Positions 9,029 through 19,621 of a stretch of DNA of 64,000 bases are shown one piece after another. This DNA comes from an uncultured Chloroflexia bacterium (GTDB lineage: Bacteria; Chloroflexota; Limnocylindria; Limnocylindrales; CSP1-4), in contig CAWEWE010000002.1 in NCBI GenBank assembly GCA_963812745.1, positions 180,178 to 244,177 of the forward strand. The letters are read 5' to 3'. The notes under the pieces were generated by a model, which had not been told where the DNA came from, searched no databases, and worked only from the letters and a program-made list of their open reading frames with translations. Within the stretch, counting starts at the first letter, position 1, and every line of letters begins with the position of its first letter. The position numbers and the translations under genes are program-made.

Positions 9029-10258
9029 GTGGGTGATCAGGACATCGAGCGGATCATGCAGCAGATGGCCCGGAGGCCCCTCAACCGACGTGGCTTCCTG
9101 AAGGCTGGCTCGCTCTCGGCGAGCGCCGCCTTCCTGGCGGCGTGCAGTGCCGGCGGTGGGCCGTCGGCTGCGCCGTCGGCCGCCCCGAGCGCCGCGCCAT
9201 CGGTTCCGGCAGGCAGTGGCGAGCCGTCGGCGGCTCCGGCGCCGTCGTACGCGACCGAGGGCGCGCTGTTCATGTACAACTGGGCCGAGTACATCGACCT
9301 GCAGAACATCGAAGAGTTCAAGGCGCGCTACAACATCGCCGACTTCACGTACGACATCTACGACTCGAACGAGTCGATGCTGACGAAGCTCCAGGGCGGC
9401 GCGACCGGGCTCTATGACATCGCGTCCCCCACGGCGGAGTTCGTCAAGGTGATGGCCGATGAGGGCTTCATCGTCGAGCTCGACTTCTCGCGCATCCCGA
9501 ACGCGGCGTTGATCAATCCGACGTTCCAGAACTTCTACGATCCCGCCGGCGCCGACGCCAAGTACAACAAGTACCACGTCCCCAAGGACTGGGGGACGAC
9601 CGGCATCGCTGTCCGCAAGAAGGTCGTGACCGAGGAGGTCAAGACCTGGAAGCAGTTCTTCGAGGTGGCCCCCAAGTACTCCGGCCGGATCGTGCTGGTC
9701 GAGTCCGCGGGTGACGTCATGACGGCACCGCTCAAGGCCCTCGGCTTCTCGCTCAACTCGACGGACCCGACCGAGCTCGGTGAGGCGCGCAAGCTCCTGC
9801 AGGGCCTCGCCCCGCACGTCCTGGCGCTCGATTCCAACGACTATGCCGACAAGCTGGCCACCGAGGAAGCCGTCATGGGCCTCGTGTGGACCGGTGGCGT
9901 CGTCGATCTGCGCGATGAGCCCGAGACCGCCGACACGGAGTACATCGTCCCTGAGGACGGCACGCTGTACTGGCTGGACACGTGGACGATGCTGGCAGAC
10001 GCCCCGCACCCCGAGGCTGCCTACGCGTGGCTCAATTTCATCCAGGAGCCGGCCATCCAGGCCAAGGAAACCGAGACCAACCGCTACGCGACGCCCAATG
10101 ACGAGGCCAAGAAGCTCGTCGCGCCGGAGATCCTCAACGACCCGACCGTGTTCGTGCCGGATGAGGCATTCGGCCGCCTCGAGGGTGCACGGGACGTGTC
10201 GACCGACCCGCTGCGCGTCGAGATCTGGGAGGAGTTCAGCGCAAGCGTCGGCGGCTGA
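9029..10258 (+). CDS. potD: Polyamine ABC substrate-binding lipoprotein, Tat-exported
   Basis: [10 protein letters not shown] then GTG. NRRGFLK twin-Arg motif and LAAC lipobox; YNWAEYID, WGTTGI, PEDG..W.D motifs. Confidence 0.85.
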   Translation: MGDQDIERIMQQMARRPLNRRGFLKAGSLSASAAFLAACSAGGGPSAAPSAAPSAAPSVPAGSGEPSAAPAPSYATEGALFMYNWAEYIDLQNIEEFKARYNIADFTYDIYDSNESMLTKLQGGATGLYDIASPTAEFVKVMADEGFIVELDFSRIPNAALINPTFQNFYDPAGADAKYNKYHVPKDWGTTGIAVRKKVVTEEVKTWKQFFEVAPKYSGRIVLVESAGDVMTAPLKALGFSLNSTDPTELGEARKLLQGLAPHVLALDSNDYADKLATEEAVMGLVWTGGVVDLRDEPETADTEYIVPEDGTLYWLDTWTMLADAPHPEAAYAWLNFIQEPAIQAKETETNRYATPNDEAKKLVAPEILNDPTVFVPDEAFGRLEGARDVSTDPLRVEIWEEFSASVGG

Positions 10259-10279
10259 TCGTCGGGAGGTCGCGACGTC

Positions 10280-11176
10280 ATGACAAGCGCAGCGCCGGCC
10301 GCCTCCGCGCGGCCGGCGCCCGAACGGGGGCGCGGTCGATTCCTGACGGCCGCCCTCCTGCTGCCGGCGTCGGCCTGGTACCTCATCCTGCTCGTCCTCC
10401 CGATCGCGATCGTCATCCTGTTCAGCTTCGGCGAGCGCAGCCCGACCGGCGGCTACGCGGGCGGGTTCACGCTCCAGAACTACACGAGCATCATCAGGAG
10501 CCCTGACCCGTTCATCACCAGCCTCATGCTGGCGGTCCTGGGCACGCTCTCGTGCCTCCTCGTCGGGCTGCCGCTCGCGTACTTCATCGCGACACGGGGC
10601 GGCAACCGGAAAGCCCTGTTCATCATCCTGCTCGTCATCCCGTTCTGGACGAGCTTCCTGATCCGCACCTACGCCTGGATCCTGATCCTCGGGCCGGACG
10701 GGATCGCCGGGTTCATCGCCGACACCACCGGCAACGCGCGGTTCCGGATCCTCGGGACCGAAGCGGCAGTCCTCATCGGGCTCGTCTACGGCTACTTGCC
10801 GCTCATGGTGTTCCCGCTGTACGTCACGCTCGAGCGGATCGACCGGACGCTGGTCGAGGCCTCCAAGGACCTCGGGGCGGGACGCCTCGCAACCTTCCGG
10901 CAGATCACCCTGCCGATCGCCCTGCCGGGCCTCATCACCGGCAGCATCCTCGTGTTCATCCCGATGATGGGCGAGTACGTCATCCCGGAGATCCTCGGCT
11001 ACGGCCGGGTGTTCACGGTCGGCAACTCGCTCGTGCTCCGGTTCTTCGACGCTCGGAACTGGCCGGCTGGCTCGGCCCAGGCGGTGGGGCTGATCTTCGT
11101 CATGATGATCAGCGTCACCTTCTACGTGTGGTTCACGAACCGCGGCCGCCAGGTCCGTGACGTGAGCGTCCTGTGA
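10280..11176 (+). CDS. potB: Polyamine ABC permease
   Basis: PFWTSFLIRTYAW, EAA loop EASKDLGA, RNWPAGSA. Confidence 0.88.
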   Translation: MTSAAPAASARPAPERGRGRFLTAALLLPASAWYLILLVLPIAIVILFSFGERSPTGGYAGGFTLQNYTSIIRSPDPFITSLMLAVLGTLSCLLVGLPLAYFIATRGGNRKALFIILLVIPFWTSFLIRTYAWILILGPDGIAGFIADTTGNARFRILGTEAAVLIGLVYGYLPLMVFPLYVTLERIDRTLVEASKDLGAGRLATFRQITLPIALPGLITGSILVFIPMMGEYVIPEILGYGRVFTVGNSLVLRFFDARNWPAGSAQAVGLIFVMMISVTFYVWFTNRGRQVRDVSVL

Positions 11177-12134
11177 CGGCCCCGTCGGTCCCGATCCCCG
11201 TCGCCCGCACGCCTCGGTGGTCGCGCGAAGGCCGGCACGGACCGCTTCGGCGGCCTGATCGAGGCGTGGCTCCGCGGCCACACGGCGCTGGTCTACGTGT
11301 TCCTGTACGTGCCGATCGTCATCGTGGTCGTGTTCAGCTTCAACGCCACGGAGCGGCGCGTCACCGACTGGGACGGCTTCAGCCTCCGCTGGTACGAGTA
11401 CGTCTTCACCAACCGCGAGGTCCAGCGCTACCTGGGCAACAGCCTGATCGTCGGCTTCTTCACCGCGGTCATCTCCACCGTGGTCGGGACGATGGCGGCG
11501 CTCGGCCTGCAGCGCGCCCCGAAGTGGTTCCGCCTCCCGTTCGACGGCCTCACGTACATCAGCGTCATCGTGCCCGAGCTCGTGATCGCGCTCGCAACGC
11601 TCGTGTTCTTCGCGAGCACGATCGGCCGGGACGGGATCCTGACCAACGCCACGGGTATCGAGCTCGGCTTCGGGTTCCACACGATGGTCGGCGCGCTGTC
11701 GCTGTTCAACATCAGCCTCGTGCTGTTGCTCGTGCGGGCGCGGCTGTCAGGCATGGACCGCACCCACGTCGAGGCGAGCTATGACCTGTACGCCACCCCG
11801 TGGCGGACGTTCTGGCAGGTCACCTTCCCGCAGCTGCTGCCGGCGATCGTCGCCGGCTTCCTGCTGGCGTTCACGTTCGCGTTCGACGACTACCTGATCT
11901 CGACCTTCGTGAACGGCCGCGGGACGTCGACCTTGCCGCTCTACGTGTTCGGCCAGATCCGGGTCGGCGTCACGCCCTCGACCAACGCCATCGCCGCGGT
12001 GATGCTGCTGATCACGCTGTCGATCCTGCTGGTCGGCCAATGGGCGCTGTCTCGCGGCGCGCGCCGATCGGGCGGTCGCGGGTCAGGTCGGTGGCGTGGC
12101 AGGGATCGTCGCGGAGAACGCCGGCGGCAACTAG
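11173..12134 (+). CDS. potC: Polyamine ABC permease with apparent frameshifts near both ends
   Basis: Core [25 protein letters not shown] is in the frame of ORF 11297. The coupled GTG at 11173 and the plausible end [17 protein letters not shown] (12132-12134) are in other frames. Confidence 0.75.
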
Positions 12135-13357
12135 GCCGTGACGGAGATCGGCTCCGGTTCCGGGAGACCGGCTTCGGACGCGAGCAATGCGGCCTTGTCG
12201 GTGCGCTCCCACGGAAGGTCCAGATCGGGGCGGCCGAAATGGCCGTACGCCGCCGTCTGCCGGTAGATCGGCCGGCGCAGGTCCAGGGCCGAGATGATCG
12301 ACGCGGGCCGCAAGTCGAAGTGGCGCTCGATCAGCGTCTGGATCTCGGCGTCGTCGATCGTGCCGGTGCCGAACGAGTCGACGCTGAAGCTGATCGGGCG
12401 GGCGATGCCGATCCCGTAGGCGACCTCGACCTCGAACCGGTCGGCGAGGCCCGCCGCGACGACGTTCTTGGCCACCCAGCGCGCCGCATACGCGGCGGAG
12501 CGGTCGACCTTGGTCGGGTCCTTGCCCGAGAACGCGCCGCCGCCGTGACGGGCCATGCCGCCATAGGTGTCGACGATGATCTTGCGACCGGTGAGGCCGG
12601 CGTCGCCCATCGGGCCGCCGGTCACGAACCGGCCGGTCGGGTTCACGTGCATGACCGGGTCCGTGTCGCGAAGGTCGGTCGGGATGCTCGGCAGGATGAC
12701 GGCCTCGACGATGTCCGAGCGCAGTCGCTCGGGGCGAGCGTCGGGATCGTGCTGGGCCGAGACGACGACCGTCCGTACGCGCACCGGCACGCCGCGCTCG
12801 TATTCGACCGTCACCTGGGTCTTGCCGTCGGGGCGCAGGTAGGGCAGCTGACCGGAGCGTCGGACCTCCGATAGCCGGCGGGCCATGCGGTGGGCCAGGG
12901 CGATCGGCAGCGGCATCAGCTCGGGCGTCTCGCGACAGGCGAAGCCGAACATCATGCCCTGGTCGCCGGCTCCGAGCTCGAAGGCCGAGGCGGCATCATC
13001 GCGCACCTCGAGTGCCGCATCGACGCCCTGGGCGATGTCCGGCGACTGGCCCTTGACCGACACCAGCGTGCCGCAGGTCTGGTAGTCGAAGCCGTAGTCG
13101 GCGCGGGTGTAGCCGATCTCGCGGACCGTGTCACGGACGATGGCCTGGAAGTCGATGTACGTGTGCGTCGTGATCTCGCCAAGGACGAGCACGAGGCCCG
13201 TCGTCGTGGCCGTCTCGCACGCCACGCGGGCGTCCGGGTCGTCGCGGATGATGGCGTCCAGGATCGCGTCCGAGACCTGGTCGCACATCTTGTCCGGGTG
13301 GCCCTCCGTCACGGATTCGGAGGTGAACAGGTACTGCTGGGCGTCGACGATGCTCAT
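12131..13357 (-). CDS. metK: S-adenosylmethionine synthetase
   Basis: [35 protein letters not shown]. Confidence 0.97.
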   Translation of the reverse strand: MSIVDAQQYLFTSESVTEGHPDKMCDQVSDAILDAIIRDDPDARVACETATTTGLVLVLGEITTHTYIDFQAIVRDTVREIGYTRADYGFDYQTCGTLVSVKGQSPDIAQGVDAALEVRDDAASAFELGAGDQGMMFGFACRETPELMPLPIALAHRMARRLSEVRRSGQLPYLRPDGKTQVTVEYERGVPVRVRTVVVSAQHDPDARPERLRSDIVEAVILPSIPTDLRDTDPVMHVNPTGRFVTGGPMGDAGLTGRKIIVDTYGGMARHGGGAFSGKDPTKVDRSAAYAARWVAKNVVAAGLADRFEVEVAYGIGIARPISFSVDSFGTGTIDDAEIQTLIERHFDLRPASIISALDLRRPIYRQTAAYGHFGRPDLDLPWERTDKAALLASEAGLPEPEPISVTA

Positions 13358-13392
13358 CGCGGCGAAGGGTAGCACCTCATCCCGGGGTGACC

Positions 13393-15414
13393 TCAGCCGA
13401 CGGCGACGCGGCGCCGTTCGGACCACGCGTCGATGCCCGGCAACGGCAGCGGCTCGACCGCGTCGGCGGGCGCGAACCCGAACACCGCGCCGAGGAACGC
13501 CAGCCGCGCCTCGATCGTGCGCCGTTGGGCGGCCTCGCCGCGGAACCCGTGCCCCTCGCCTTCGAATGCGATGTAGGCGTGCGGGATGCCCCGTGCGGCC
13601 AGCGCCTCGGCCAGCGCCTCCGCCTGTTCCGGCGGGACGACCTTGTCGTCGAGCCCCTGCAGGATCAGCACCGGGCATGAGATCGCATCGAGGTAATGGA
13701 TGGGCGAGCGTTCGCGATAGCGGTCCGCCATCGCCGGATACGGTCCGACCAACCGATCCATGTAGCGCGACTCGAACTTGTGGGTATGGCGCGCGAGCAG
13801 CTCGAGATCGCCGATACCGAACAGGCTGATGCCGGCCGCGAACACGTCGCGGAACGCCAACGCGGCGAGGGTCGTGTAGCCACCGGCGCTGCCGCCCTCG
13901 ATCGCCAGCCGGTCGCCGTCGACGTCGCCGCGGTCGACGAGGTAGCGCGCCGCCCCGATACAGTCGTCCACGTCGACGACACCCCACTCCCCCTCGAGGG
14001 ACTGGCGGTACTCGCGTCCGTAGCCGGCGCTGCCGCCGTAGTCGACGTCGACGACCGCGATCCCGCGCGACGTCAGGAACTGGAAGCCCAGGTCGAGCGC
14101 GTTCACCGCGCTCGAGGTCGGGCCGCCATGCGAGCGCACGACGAGCGGTGGCAGCTCCCCGTCGGGTGCCACGGCAGCGGGGTTGACCGGTCGGTAGAAC
14201 AGCGCGTGCGCCATCCGCCCGCCGGCCGTCGGGAACGTGATCGGCTCGGGTGTCGAGATGTACGCGGGGTCGACGACGGTCGATGTCGAGTGGCGGAGGA
14301 CGCCCGACGTCGCGAGCGTCGACGGGTCGAGCAGCACGATCGTCGGCGGCTCGGTCGGCGTCCCGACGTTGGCCACGACCCCCGCCGCGCCGACCCGGAT
14401 CGTGCCGACATCGGTGTACGGCGAGTCGACCTCACCGATGAGGTTGCCCGGGGCGATGTGGAACAGCCGGTCGCGACCGCGGGACCTGCCCACGGCGACG
14501 ATCGAGCCGCCCGGCAGGAAGGCATACGACGACCGATCGAAGATCCAGGCCGGATCGGCGAACTCGGCCTCGAGCGGGGCGAGCGGCTCGAGCCTCGGTC
14601 CCTCGGCGAGCCGGTAGAGGTTCCACCAGCCCGTCCGGTCGCTGACGAAATGGAGGACGCCGTCGGGCGACCACTCCGGCTGGGCGATGGACTCGTCCAT
14701 CCCGCCGGCGGCCAGATCGCTCGTGCCCAGCGAGCCGTCATCGCCGACCGGCGCCACCCGCAGCCGAGTGACGTCCCACGGCATGTCGGGATGGTCCCAT
14801 TCGAGCCAGGCCAGCCGCCCGCCGTCTGGCGACAGCCGGGGCGCGGCCAGGAAGTCCGGGCCGGCATACAGGACGCCCGGCGGCCTTTCCCCGTCGAGCG
14901 GCACGTCGACGATCGCCGCCGTCGGCTCACCCTCGCCCGAGTGATCCTCGCGGATGGCCAGGAACCGCCGGCGACGCCCGTCGAAGCGCAGGTCGGCGTA
15001 GCGGAACGGCCCCTCGGGTGTGATCGGCTGCGGCGTGTCGTCGCCGGGATCGAGCCGGTACAGCCGGCCGTCCGTGACGTTCGAGAACACGATCGTGCCG
15101 CCCGCAACGGTGTACGCGCCGCCGCCGTACTGGTGGACCCGCGAGCGGGCGTCGAAGGGCGCCGGCGTCCGGTCGGCCGTCGTCCCATCCGATGCGCGGT
15201 GGACGATGACGCTTCGACCACGCTCGGCCGGCCGCCCCTCGATCCAGTAGACGTCGTCGCCGTCGACCCACGGGTCGCTCAGCCGGACGGCATCGGCCAC
15301 GATGTCATCGACCCGGATCGGCGAGGGCCAGCTGCCGTAGGGCAGCGTGACCGGCCCGATCTGGGCCGGTCCGACGGGCTCAGCGGCGGGCTCGACGGCG
15401 GGCTCGGCGTCCAT
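13393..15414 (-). CDS. S9 family peptidase (dipeptidyl/acylaminoacyl peptidase)
   Basis: [20 protein letters not shown] nucleophile, [13 protein letters not shown]. Confidence 0.92.
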   Translation of the reverse strand: MDAEPAVEPAAEPVGPAQIGPVTLPYGSWPSPIRVDDIVADAVRLSDPWVDGDDVYWIEGRPAERGRSVIVHRASDGTTADRTPAPFDARSRVHQYGGGAYTVAGGTIVFSNVTDGRLYRLDPGDDTPQPITPEGPFRYADLRFDGRRRRFLAIREDHSGEGEPTAAIVDVPLDGERPPGVLYAGPDFLAAPRLSPDGGRLAWLEWDHPDMPWDVTRLRVAPVGDDGSLGTSDLAAGGMDESIAQPEWSPDGVLHFVSDRTGWWNLYRLAEGPRLEPLAPLEAEFADPAWIFDRSSYAFLPGGSIVAVGRSRGRDRLFHIAPGNLIGEVDSPYTDVGTIRVGAAGVVANVGTPTEPPTIVLLDPSTLATSGVLRHSTSTVVDPAYISTPEPITFPTAGGRMAHALFYRPVNPAAVAPDGELPPLVVRSHGGPTSSAVNALDLGFQFLTSRGIAVVDVDYGGSAGYGREYRQSLEGEWGVVDVDDCIGAARYLVDRGDVDGDRLAIEGGSAGGYTTLAALAFRDVFAAGISLFGIGDLELLARHTHKFESRYMDRLVGPYPAMADRYRERSPIHYLDAISCPVLILQGLDDKVVPPEQAEALAEALAARGIPHAYIAFEGEGHGFRGEAAQRRTIEARLAFLGAVFGFAPADAVEPLPLPGIDAWSERRRVAVG

Positions 15415-15456
15415 CGCTCGAACCCTACCGCGTCCCGCCGCCGTGCGCGGCGGTCG

Positions 15457-16734
15457 TCAGGTGCCGTGCTGCCAGGAGGCGACGTACTCGGCCTGCTCGG
15501 GTGTCATCGGCTCGAGCTCGATGCCCAGCGCTGCGAGCTTGAGGCGCGCGACCTCGGCATCGATCGCCTCCGGGACGACGTACACCATCGGCTCCAGCTC
15601 GGCGTGGTGCTTGGCGACGTACTCCGCGCACAGCGCCTGGTTGGCGAAGCTCATGTCCATGACGGCGGCGGGGTGGCCCTCGGCCGCACCCAGGTTGACC
15701 AGGCGGCCCTCCGCGATCAGGTGCAGCTTCTTGCCGCCCAGGTCGAACTCCTCGACGTTCTCGCGCACCTCCCGGACGTGCCCTTCGGCGAGGGCACGCA
15801 AGGCCGAGAGGTCGAGCTCCGCGTCGAAGTGGCCCGAGTTGGCCATCACGGCACCGTCGCGCATCGCCTCGAAGTGCTCGCGGCGGAACACGTTGAGATT
15901 GCCGGTCGCCGTCACGAACAGCTCACCCCAGCGGGCGGCGTCGGTGTGGGTCATCACCGCGAACCCGTCCATCAGCGCCTCGAGCGCGCGGACCGGATCG
16001 ACCTCGACGATGGCCACGTGGGCGCCGTGGCCCGACATCCGGGCGGCGATGCCCTTGCCGACCCAGCCGTAGCCGGCGATGACGACCTTGCGCCCGGCGA
16101 TGAGCATGTTCGTCGCGCGCAGGATGCCATCGACCGTCGACTGGCCCGTGCCGTAGCGGTTGTCGAAGAGGTGCTTGGTCTGCGCTTCGTTCACCGCGAC
16201 CACGGGAAAGCCGAGCGCGCCGTCGGCGGCCATGGCCTTGAGCCGGATGACCCCCGTCGTGGTCTCCTCGGTCCCGGCGAGGACCTCCTTGATCTGTTCG
16301 GGCCGCTCGCTGTGGAGGAGCGAGACGAGGTCACAGCCGTCGTCCATCGTGATCTGCGGATGCGTGTCGGCGACGGCCTTGAGATGGTCGTAGTAGGTGT
16401 CGCGGTCCTCGCCGCGTCGGGCGAACGTGGCGATGCCGTACTCGGCGACCAGCGCGGCCGCGACATCGTCCTTGGTCGACAGCGGGTTCGAGGCCGCCAG
16501 GACGACGTCGGCGCCGGCCGCCTTGAGGGTCCGCATGAGGTTGGCGGTCTCGGTCGTGACGTGGAGGCAGGCACCGACGCGGATGCCGTCGAGCGGCCGA
16601 TCGCGCTCGAATCGCTCGCGGATCAGGCGCAGGACGGGCATCTCCCGCTCGGCCCACTCGATGCGGCGCACACCCTCGGACGCCAGTCCGAGGTCGGTCA
16701 CGTCATGGGCGGGCAGCATGGTGTGGGCGGTCAT
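15457..16734 (-). CDS. ahcY: Adenosylhomocysteinase
   Basis: CLHVTTETA, EETTTG, KHLFDNRYGTGQS, EGRLVNLGAAEGHP. Confidence 0.96.
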   Translation of the reverse strand: MTAHTMLPAHDVTDLGLASEGVRRIEWAEREMPVLRLIRERFERDRPLDGIRVGACLHVTTETANLMRTLKAAGADVVLAASNPLSTKDDVAAALVAEYGIATFARRGEDRDTYYDHLKAVADTHPQITMDDGCDLVSLLHSERPEQIKEVLAGTEETTTGVIRLKAMAADGALGFPVVAVNEAQTKHLFDNRYGTGQSTVDGILRATNMLIAGRKVVIAGYGWVGKGIAARMSGHGAHVAIVEVDPVRALEALMDGFAVMTHTDAARWGELFVTATGNLNVFRREHFEAMRDGAVMANSGHFDAELDLSALRALAEGHVREVRENVEEFDLGGKKLHLIAEGRLVNLGAAEGHPAAVMDMSFANQALCAEYVAKHHAELEPMVYVVPEAIDAEVARLKLAALGIELEPMTPEQAEYVASWQHGT

Positions 16735-17597
16735 CGGCGGTCGGTCTCCTTGCGCACGAACAGGCGGCGCAGCGGCGCCGTGATCTCGGCCCATGGCGGA
16801 CCGAGTCGATGGATGAGGCGTTCCTCGAAGCGAGCGTGCTCGGCGTAGCCGAGGTGGCGGTAGGCGTTGATCGCGGGCGGGTTGTCGGCACGGACGTTGA
16901 GCACGACCTGGTCGCAGGTCCGGAGGAGCTCCGCCGTGACCGCGCCGGTGACGGCGGTGGCGAACCCGCGACCGCGGAAGTCGGTGTGGGTCAGGACGTT
17001 GCCGACGACGGCGAGCCGCGCGGTGGGGCTGACGACGTGGGTGCCGGCCGCGGCGATGAGCCGGCCGTTGACCCGCATGCCGTAGTACACGCCGTCGGCG
17101 ATGGCCGTCGAGGGGAGCCACGAGGCGAACCCCAGCTGGTAGAGCCGGTTCAGCTCCCCGATCTCCACCGGGAGCAGCCGCTGGACGGTCGCCGGGTACG
17201 GCCGGAAGTGCGCCCGATCGACCCACATCCGGACCATCTCGGGCCCGGGATCGACGCGGTATTGGGTCTCGATCGCCGGGAGCATCCCGGACCGCGCGGC
17301 GATGTACGCGGCGCGCGGCTTGATCACGTCGCGCAGGACCGCGGCGATCCCGTCGGTCGAGCCCATGACGAACAGCGGCTGCGGCGTCGGCCCGGTGTAC
17401 TCGAGGCCGACCGCCACGAGCTCGTCGCCTTCGTATGCCGCGCCCCAGCGCGTCCGGCCGAACTCGCGCTCCTCGAGGTCGCAGATCGCGTAGGCCGAGT
17501 ACAGCCGATCCTGGGTCAGGAACGACCGCAACACCGCGCGATCGGTGGTTTGGCGGGCGACCGTCGCGGAGCGCCGGCCGATGACCACGCTCGCCAT
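16731..17597 (-). CDS. GNAT family acetyltransferase
   Basis: GNVLTH..FRGRGFA, LNV..N..A..Y..LG. Confidence 0.85.
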   Translation of the reverse strand: MASVVIGRRSATVARQTTDRAVLRSFLTQDRLYSAYAICDLEEREFGRTRWGAAYEGDELVAVGLEYTGPTPQPLFVMGSTDGIAAVLRDVIKPRAAYIAARSGMLPAIETQYRVDPGPEMVRMWVDRAHFRPYPATVQRLLPVEIGELNRLYQLGFASWLPSTAIADGVYYGMRVNGRLIAAAGTHVVSPTARLAVVGNVLTHTDFRGRGFATAVTGAVTAELLRTCDQVVLNVRADNPPAINAYRHLGYAEHARFEERLIHRLGPPWAEITAPLRRLFVRKETDRR

Positions 17598-18967
17598 CAG
17601 GCGGTCGGCGCGGCCAGGGCCGCGAAGCCGGGCGTCGTGGCGCGCCGCTCGTCGCGCCTCGCGACGGCGTCGGCCAGGGACGCGTCGAACGGTGGCTGCG
17701 CCACGCCTTCCTCGGTGATGATGCCGGTGATCAGCTCGGCGGGCGTGACGTCGAACGCCGGATTGCGAACGGTCGTGTCCGGCGGCGCCAGGCGCACGCC
17801 GCGGACCAGCAGCACCTCGGCCGCCGCGCGTTCCTCGATCGGGATGTCGGCGCCGGTCGGCGTACCGAGATCGATCGAGCTGGTCGGGGCCGCGACGTAG
17901 AACGGGATCGCATGGCGCGCTGCCAGGACCGCCAGCGGATACGTCCCGACCTTGTTGGCGGTATCGCCGTTCGCGGCGATGCGGTCCGCCCCGACGATGA
18001 CCACGTCGACCTCGCCCTGCGCCATCAGGTGCCCGGCCGCCACATCAGGGATCAGGGTGTGGGGCACACCGGCCTGCGCCAGCTCCCACGCCGTGAGCCG
18101 CGCGCCCTGGAGATACGGCCTGGTCTCGTCGACCCAGACCTGGATGTCCCGACCGTCGTGGTGCGCGACCTGGACCACGCCGAGCGCCGTGCCGAACTGC
18201 CCGCACGCGAGCGGCCCGGTGTTGCAATGGGTCAGGATCCGGAGTGGCCCGTCGGCCGGGAAGACGAGCTCGTCGACCCCGAAGCGGGCCAGTCGGCCAT
18301 GGTCCTCGGTCGCCTCGAAGACGATCGCGTCCGCCTCGGCGCGGATCGCGGCGGCGATGGCATCGCCGTCCTCCGACAGGTCGCCGACCGCGTCGTAGGC
18401 GGCCATCACCCGGTCGACCGCATAGCCCAGGTTGACCGCGGTTGGTCGCGAGTTGCGCAGGACGTTCGCCGCGCCGCGCAGCGTGGCGCGGCGGGCGTAC
18501 GGCCTCGTCGCGCGGTTCTGGTGTGCCGTCAGTGCCAATCCGAGCGCGGCGACCTGGCCGATGGCGGGTGCGCCGCGGACGATCATCTCGCGGATGGCAT
18601 ACGCGACCTGGGCCGCGTTCCTCGCATCGAATTCCTCGAGCACGTCGGGCAGCTTGCGCTGGTCGACGATGTGGATCGTGCCCGGGCTCTCGCGGAACGA
18701 GGCACGAAAGCCGGTCGGTGGTCCTGCCGGCACGTCCGCCGGCGCATACGAGGACGGGTCCAGGATCGCATTGGCCGCCTCGGCCGAGGCGCGTTGGAGT
18801 GCCTGCGCGGCACCGACCACGGTCGCGGCACCCTGGAACATGTCACCGGCGAACTGGCGGAAGAAGCGTCGCCGCGCGAGGTGCGCGCCCTCGTCGGGCG
18901 CCGTAGCGCCGGGCACCCCCTCTGGGGGCACCTGGGCGGGAGCGTCGGGTCCGGACGGCTCGGTCAA
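17597..18967 (-). CDS. mtnA: Methylthioribose-1-phosphate isomerase with N-terminal extension
   Basis: DQRKLP, MIVRGAPAIG, RPTAVNL, THCNTG, ETRPYLQGARLTAWEL, NKVGTY. Start uncertain; TTG 18967 used. Confidence 0.9.
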   Translation of the reverse strand: MTEPSGPDAPAQVPPEGVPGATAPDEGAHLARRRFFRQFAGDMFQGAATVVGAAQALQRASAEAANAILDPSSYAPADVPAGPPTGFRASFRESPGTIHIVDQRKLPDVLEEFDARNAAQVAYAIREMIVRGAPAIGQVAALGLALTAHQNRATRPYARRATLRGAANVLRNSRPTAVNLGYAVDRVMAAYDAVGDLSEDGDAIAAAIRAEADAIVFEATEDHGRLARFGVDELVFPADGPLRILTHCNTGPLACGQFGTALGVVQVAHHDGRDIQVWVDETRPYLQGARLTAWELAQAGVPHTLIPDVAAGHLMAQGEVDVVIVGADRIAANGDTANKVGTYPLAVLAARHAIPFYVAAPTSSIDLGTPTGADIPIEERAAAEVLLVRGVRLAPPDTTVRNPAFDVTPAELITGIITEEGVAQPPFDASLADAVARRDERRATTPGFAALAAPTA

Positions 18968-18995
18968 TGCCGCGATACGGGCTGATCCAGCCCGC

Positions 18996-19517
18996 TCAGT
19001 ACTGGATGACGCTGGTGACCCGGCGTCCATCGAGGCGTTCCCGGCCCTTGAGGAATTCGAGCTCGACCAGGAACGCCAGGCCGATGACCTCGCCCTTGAG
19101 CCGCTCGATGAGCTCGATCGTGCCCTTGACCGTGCCGCCCGTCGCGAGCAGGTCGTCCACGATCAGCACCTTCTGGCCGGGCTGGATCGCGTCGCGATGG
19201 ATCTCGAGCGTGTTCGAGCCGTACTCGAGCGCATATTCGACGGTGATCGTCTCGGCCGGCAGCTTGCCGAGCTTGCGGACGGGCACGAGCCCGGCGTCGA
19301 GCAGGTAGGCCAGGGGGGCACTGAAGATGAACCCGCGCGACTCCATGCCGACCACGATGTCGACCTGCTCGTCCTTGTACGGCTCGAGCATGAGGTCGAT
19401 GGATTCCTTGTAGGCGACCGGGTCCTTGAGCAGCGTCGTGATGTCGTAGAAGAGGATCCCTGGCTTCGGGAAGTCGGGGATCTCGCGGATCCGCTCGCGA
19501 AGCGCCTCGGCGGACAT
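18996..19517 (-). CDS. apt: Adenine phosphoribosyltransferase
   Basis: IPDFPKPGILFYDIT, ESRGF, YALEYG, VDDLLATGGT. Confidence 0.97.
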   Translation of the reverse strand: MSAEALRERIREIPDFPKPGILFYDITTLLKDPVAYKESIDLMLEPYKDEQVDIVVGMESRGFIFSAPLAYLLDAGLVPVRKLGKLPAETITVEYALEYGSNTLEIHRDAIQPGQKVLIVDDLLATGGTVKGTIELIERLKGEVIGLAFLVELEFLKGRERLDGRRVTSVIQY

Positions 19518-19621
19518 CGGGATCGGGTCCTCCCTGGATGGGTCACGCAGGATGCGGCCGGACGGCTGGGCGTCGCTGGGCCGGCGGAAAGTCTACCGCA
19601 GGCGTGCCCGCGTCCCGCGCA

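Noticed and set aside
11297-12874. 525-aa PotC with a long C-terminal extension
   Set aside because: The extension is antisense metK read-through after a frame break near 12085.
13358-13392. SAM riboswitch upstream of metK
   Set aside because: Only 35 nt of intergenic space, occupied by a leaderless-type -10 box.
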